Shown: one piece after another, positions 60,552 to 64,000 of the stretch
How the letters are laid out: every line of letters starts with the position of its first letter
Numbering within the stretch: position 1 is the stretch's first letter
Assembly (NCBI GenBank): GCA_944390365.1
Contig: CALXPW010000001.1
Location: 57,907-121,906 of the forward strand
DNA: 64,000 nucleotides
Source of the DNA: an uncultured Clostridia bacterium
GTDB lineage: Bacteria > Bacillota > Clostridia > TANB77 > CAG-508
Reading direction: 5' to 3'
Notes under the pieces: model-generated
Told to the model about the DNA's origin: nothing
The model's input: only the letters and a program-made list of their open reading frames with translations
Database searches by the model: none
Made by a program: the position numbers and the translations under genes

Positions 60552-60817
60552 GACAATTTAAATAATTGTCACGACGAAAACAAATAGCCATACTTTTCTC
60601 CCCCACAGCACATTTTGCCGTGGGGGCTTTTTATTTCTTAAATATTAAATTCACTAAAAAGCTATTTATGAATCGCTTTAATTATCTATATAGAAGAAGT
60701 GCAAATTTTCACACACAAAAAGAAGGCTACCTGATTTACAAGTTGCCTTCTTTTTGATGAATAGATTTTTGCCAATTTTAAAAGTGCTGCTTTTATATAC
60801 TTTCCCATTATGCCTAT

Positions 60818-60966
60818 CTTACCCACAGGCAAGTAGAAACAAAAACAAGTATTCCTAAAACCACCAATGCAATGGCAGTTTTCCTGTCCTTTTCCATAAA
60901 ACGCCGTATTCCTGCACTTACTAATATAAGTGCAAGAGCAATAAATGGAAACCAGTGCATTTTCAT
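60818..60966 (-). CDS. Candidate 49-codon small membrane protein (MKMHWFPFIALALILVSAGIRRFMEKDRKTAIALVVLGILVFVSTCLWVR)
   Basis: A GAAAGGA RBS, two hydrophobic helices and a hairpin with a T-run downstream. It lies in a different frame from the 115-codon ORF-track entry covering the same region. Confidence 0.3.
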
Positions 60967-61111
60967 ATTCTTGCCATCCTTTCTCTAGTTTAGAGTGTAA
61001 GTATTTCATATATGTAAACTCTGTCCTATTCATAACAGAGATGTTTTAAAGGATTTATACAAATTGTATGCATATACTGTATCACAAAATTTACATAAAG
61101 TCAATTTAATT

Positions 61112-63676
61112 TTACTCAGTTCTCAATGCTTCTACCGGATCCTTTTTGCTTGCCATTCTCGCTGGTATTAAGCCTGCAATTATTGTAAGTACCATACTAA
61201 TTACTACAAGTATTATTGCTCCTGCAGTTGGTAATTTTGCTATTCCAGAAATATCTGTTACTGCTTTTATTATCATATTTATTGGTATATTTAGTAATAG
61301 AGTAACTCCTATTCCTAAAAGACCTGCGCATAAACCTATTATAAATGTCTCGGCATTAAATACCCTTGAGATGTCTTTCTTAGAAGCACCAATACTTCTT
61401 AGTATTCCTATTTCTTTTGTTCTTTCTAGAACTGAAATGTATGTTATAATTCCAATCATTATAGATGATACTACAAGTGATATTGCCACAAATGCTATTA
61501 AAATATAGCTTATTGCATCTATTATAGTAGATACAGAATTCATCATTGTTCCTACTATGTCTGTGTAAGTTATTACGTTTTCTTCTTTTCCATCATCACG
61601 TTGTTTTTGGTTGTAGTTTTCTATTTCTGTCGCAATTTGCTCTTTTGATTCAAAATCTTTTGGATATATGCTTATTGAGCTTGGGCTGTCTAAATCTACT
61701 ACTCCCATTTTTTCTAGGTTTCCCTCATACGTAGCATTTGCATTTTCTGTATATTGTTGCATTAAGTTTGCAAGTTCTTCTTCGCTTAGCGATGCCATAT
61801 ACATTCTTTGCTCTTCTGTTAAACTAGAAAAATCGAATTTGGCATCCGTGTCTTCTGGAAATTCTATTCCTGTAAATATATTTATGTCTGGATTATCTTT
61901 TTGTTCTTTTACAATTTCAGCATTGTTTACTTCGTTTATTACATACTCTTTAAGTTCTTTTGTATAGCCAATTGTTGCAGACATTGCAGTTGCAACTGTT
62001 CCCTCTTTTGGTCTTATAATTCCTGCTATGCTTATTTCTTCTGCATCTTCTAATTTTTCCTTTATATAATCTTCATTTTCAGTATTATCTATCCAGATGT
62101 CTCCGTCTTTTTCATAATAGTCTGTGTTTAGTAACACTTTAAATTTAGTATTTAGTAAGTCGTCATACGTATATGACTTAACATCTTCGTCTTCTACTTC
62201 TTCGCCATCTAATATTTTTTGATATTTTTCTTCTAATTCGTCTTGGTCAAGTATTCCTAATGCATATAAAGTATAGTCATATATTTCGTTATTTTCGTCA
62301 ACAATTAGCACAACTTCGTTATAGTTTTCTGGCCATTTTCCTGCAATTACATCGTACTGTGACTGCAATAATTCGTCATTATCCAAAAGTTCTTGCCATA
62401 CATCAGTCTCTGCAAGCATCATATTGCTCATACCCTCCATACCAAGTTTAGCAAAAATTTGGCTTGGATTTACTTGAACTACCTTGTCGTCATCTTCTTT
62501 ATAAATGTTCAAATCTAAGTTGTAACTGTATTGAACTGCATTTACATAGTCTTTTATTGGGCTATTTTCGTCATCTAAGTATTTCTTGAACTCTTCTAAA
62601 TTGTTGCTTTGAATTTTGGTAGATATTGTACTTAACATATCGTTTACTATATTTTTTGAGTATACTTTTCCCTCTTCGTGCTCGGTCTCTTCTGTTTCTC
62701 CCATAAGAGAGGTCATCATACTTGCCATATCAATGCTTTCTTCTTGCACGGTTATTGGATAAGATGAAAGAGTGTCTTCTTCTACCCTATTTATATATGC
62801 TTGCATACCACTAGATAGCGATAATATCAGTGCAATTCCTATAATTCCAATGCTTCCTGCAAATGAGGTTAATATGGTTCTTCCTTTTTTAGTCATTAAG
62901 TTATTTAGGCTAAGTGATAGTGCAGTTAGGAAATTCATTGAAACTTTACTGTTAGCTTTTGAGTTTCTGTCCTCTTTTTTCTCTTCTTCTACACTGTATG
63001 GGTTAGAATCATCAGTTATTTTTCCATCTAGTATTTTTATAATTCTTGATGAATATTTTTCTGCCAAGTCAGGGTTGTGAGTAACCATAATAATTAGTCT
63101 GTCTTTAGAAATCTTTTTTAGTATTTCCATTATTTGCACACTTGTCTTTGTGTCTAGTGCACCAGTTGGCTCATCTGCTAAAATTATTTCTGGGTCGTTT
63201 ACTAATGCTCTTGCTATTGCAACCCTTTGCATTTGTCCACCTGATAATTGGTTTGGCTTTTTGTTTAGTTGGTCGCCTAGTCCAACGTGCTCTAAGGCTT
63301 CTATTGCCCTTTTTCTTCTTTCCTTTTTGCTTACTCCTGATAGTGTAAGTGCAAGTTCTACATTTGAAAGTATGTTTTGATGTGGTATTAAATTGTATGA
63401 TTGAAACACAAAGCCCACACAATGGTTTCTATAGGCATCCCAATCTCTATCTTTAAACTCCTTTGTAGACTTTCCGTTTATAACCAGGTCGCCTGTTGTG
63501 TATTTATCAAGCCCACCTATTATATTTAGAAGAGTAGTTTTACCACAACCACTTTGCCCTAAAATTGATACAAACTCGCTTTTTCTAAATTGTAGCGATA
63601 TTCCTTTTAGAGCCTCGACTTTGCTATCTCCTGTGATGTACTCTTTAGTAATTTTTTCTAGTCTTAACATATACAA
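61112..63676 (-). CDS. MacB-like ABC transporter, fused ATP-binding and FtsX-permease domains
   Basis: The N-terminus has Walker [10 protein letters not shown], the ABC signature LSGGQMQR and Walker B ILADEP. The C-terminus is an FtsX/MacB-type permease with a large extracytoplasmic loop. 854 aa. Confidence 0.85.
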   Translation of the reverse strand: MYMLRLEKITKEYITGDSKVEALKGISLQFRKSEFVSILGQSGCGKTTLLNIIGGLDKYTTGDLVINGKSTKEFKDRDWDAYRNHCVGFVFQSYNLIPHQNILSNVELALTLSGVSKKERRKRAIEALEHVGLGDQLNKKPNQLSGGQMQRVAIARALVNDPEIILADEPTGALDTKTSVQIMEILKKISKDRLIIMVTHNPDLAEKYSSRIIKILDGKITDDSNPYSVEEEKKEDRNSKANSKVSMNFLTALSLSLNNLMTKKGRTILTSFAGSIGIIGIALILSLSSGMQAYINRVEEDTLSSYPITVQEESIDMASMMTSLMGETEETEHEEGKVYSKNIVNDMLSTISTKIQSNNLEEFKKYLDDENSPIKDYVNAVQYSYNLDLNIYKEDDDKVVQVNPSQIFAKLGMEGMSNMMLAETDVWQELLDNDELLQSQYDVIAGKWPENYNEVVLIVDENNEIYDYTLYALGILDQDELEEKYQKILDGEEVEDEDVKSYTYDDLLNTKFKVLLNTDYYEKDGDIWIDNTENEDYIKEKLEDAEEISIAGIIRPKEGTVATAMSATIGYTKELKEYVINEVNNAEIVKEQKDNPDINIFTGIEFPEDTDAKFDFSSLTEEQRMYMASLSEEELANLMQQYTENANATYEGNLEKMGVVDLDSPSSISIYPKDFESKEQIATEIENYNQKQRDDGKEENVITYTDIVGTMMNSVSTIIDAISYILIAFVAISLVVSSIMIGIITYISVLERTKEIGILRSIGASKKDISRVFNAETFIIGLCAGLLGIGVTLLLNIPINMIIKAVTDISGIAKLPTAGAIILVVISMVLTIIAGLIPARMASKKDPVEALRTE

Positions 63677-63831
63677 ATTCCTTTCTGTAAGTTTTTATTT
63701 TATTCTATTTACTTTATATGTAATTTATTAGTATTTTTAATTGTTATACTTTTAAATAATACCATTTTGTTGATTTTTATTCAATATTTTTCACAATTTG
63801 TTCACAAAATTTGTCGTCTATATTTCATTAT

Positions 63832-64000
63832 GAATTCGTATTTATTCACCCATTTCACGATGGTAATGGAAGAACAGCAAGATTATGGCAAACTATAATT
63901 CTTGCGCATTGGGAAAAAGCTTTTACTTATTTACCTATTGAAAGTATGATAAAGAAAAATCAGGAAGAATATTATACTGCTATTCAAAATTGTAATAATG
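63832..64000 (+). pseudogene. Fic/Doc (Fido) domain fragment carrying the HPFHDGNGR motif, N-terminally truncated; runs off the window
   Basis: EFVFIHPFHDGNGRTARLWQTIILAHW... contains the canonical Fic motif HPFx[DE]GNGR. The frame is open back only to a TAA at 63757 with no ATG, and upstream is the start of the ABC-transporter gene, so the Fic N-terminal half is absent. Confidence 0.5.

Noticed and set aside
60686-61033. 115-codon minus-strand ORF
   Set aside because: The translation is low-complexity junk. A better-supported 49-codon membrane ORF with an RBS lies in another frame (60818..60966).

Overview
This is a very AT-rich window (about 25-30% GC by eye) from a low-GC Firmicute, most likely a spore-forming Clostridia-class organism: bofA, a dpaA homologue, an rpsF-ssb-rpsR operon, the hrcA-grpE-dnaK-dnaJ operon with a CIRCE operator, and a type IV pilus cluster are all present. 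Most genes are core housekeeping and lie on the minus strand. They comprise pflB-pflA, the heat-shock operon, a tRNA-Met/tRNA-Tyr pair, a YolD-like gene plus Y-family polymerase, fadD plus a TetR regulator, mreB, lexA, obg, trpS, a znuACB-like metal ABC transporter with a frameshifted permease, rpsF-ssb-rpsR, and the glmS ribozyme followed by glmS. Further along are a RelB/RelE-like toxin-antitoxin pair with a frameshifted toxin next to bofA, serS, engB, gltX, a lone DUF3800 gene, RNase J, a ROK glucokinase, a 10-gene type IV pilus cluster, uppP, a dpaA homologue, ppa, lepB, a DapF-MurE fusion, a cystathionine lyase/synthase, a nucleotide pyrophosphatase-family protein, a MacB-like ABC transporter and a Fic-motif remnant at the 3' edge. 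The most unusual content is non-coding. (i) A family of ~150-bp palindromic, MITE-like elements occurs in 5 copies, each with a conserved asymmetric core (CTTAAGGTGGGGACCGACAAGTTTACAAACTGT ... ACAGTTTGTACG.GTTGGGGGCCG) between diverged ~30-bp terminal inverted repeats, and all five point the same way. (ii) A second family of ~192-bp long-hairpin elements occurs in 2 copies that differ by compensatory, pairing-preserving substitutions. (iii) A near-identical 32-bp GTGGACAA...TTGTCCAC hairpin occurs at two loci. (iv) Two GC-rich islands (about 45-50% GC) each sit directly next to one of the palindromic elements; one carries an 81-codon ORF behind a consensus sigma-A promoter, a strong RBS and a terminator, the other carries genes for two small secreted proteins plus several perfect hairpins. 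I could not match any of these to a named RNA or mobile-element family from memory, and no databases were searched.
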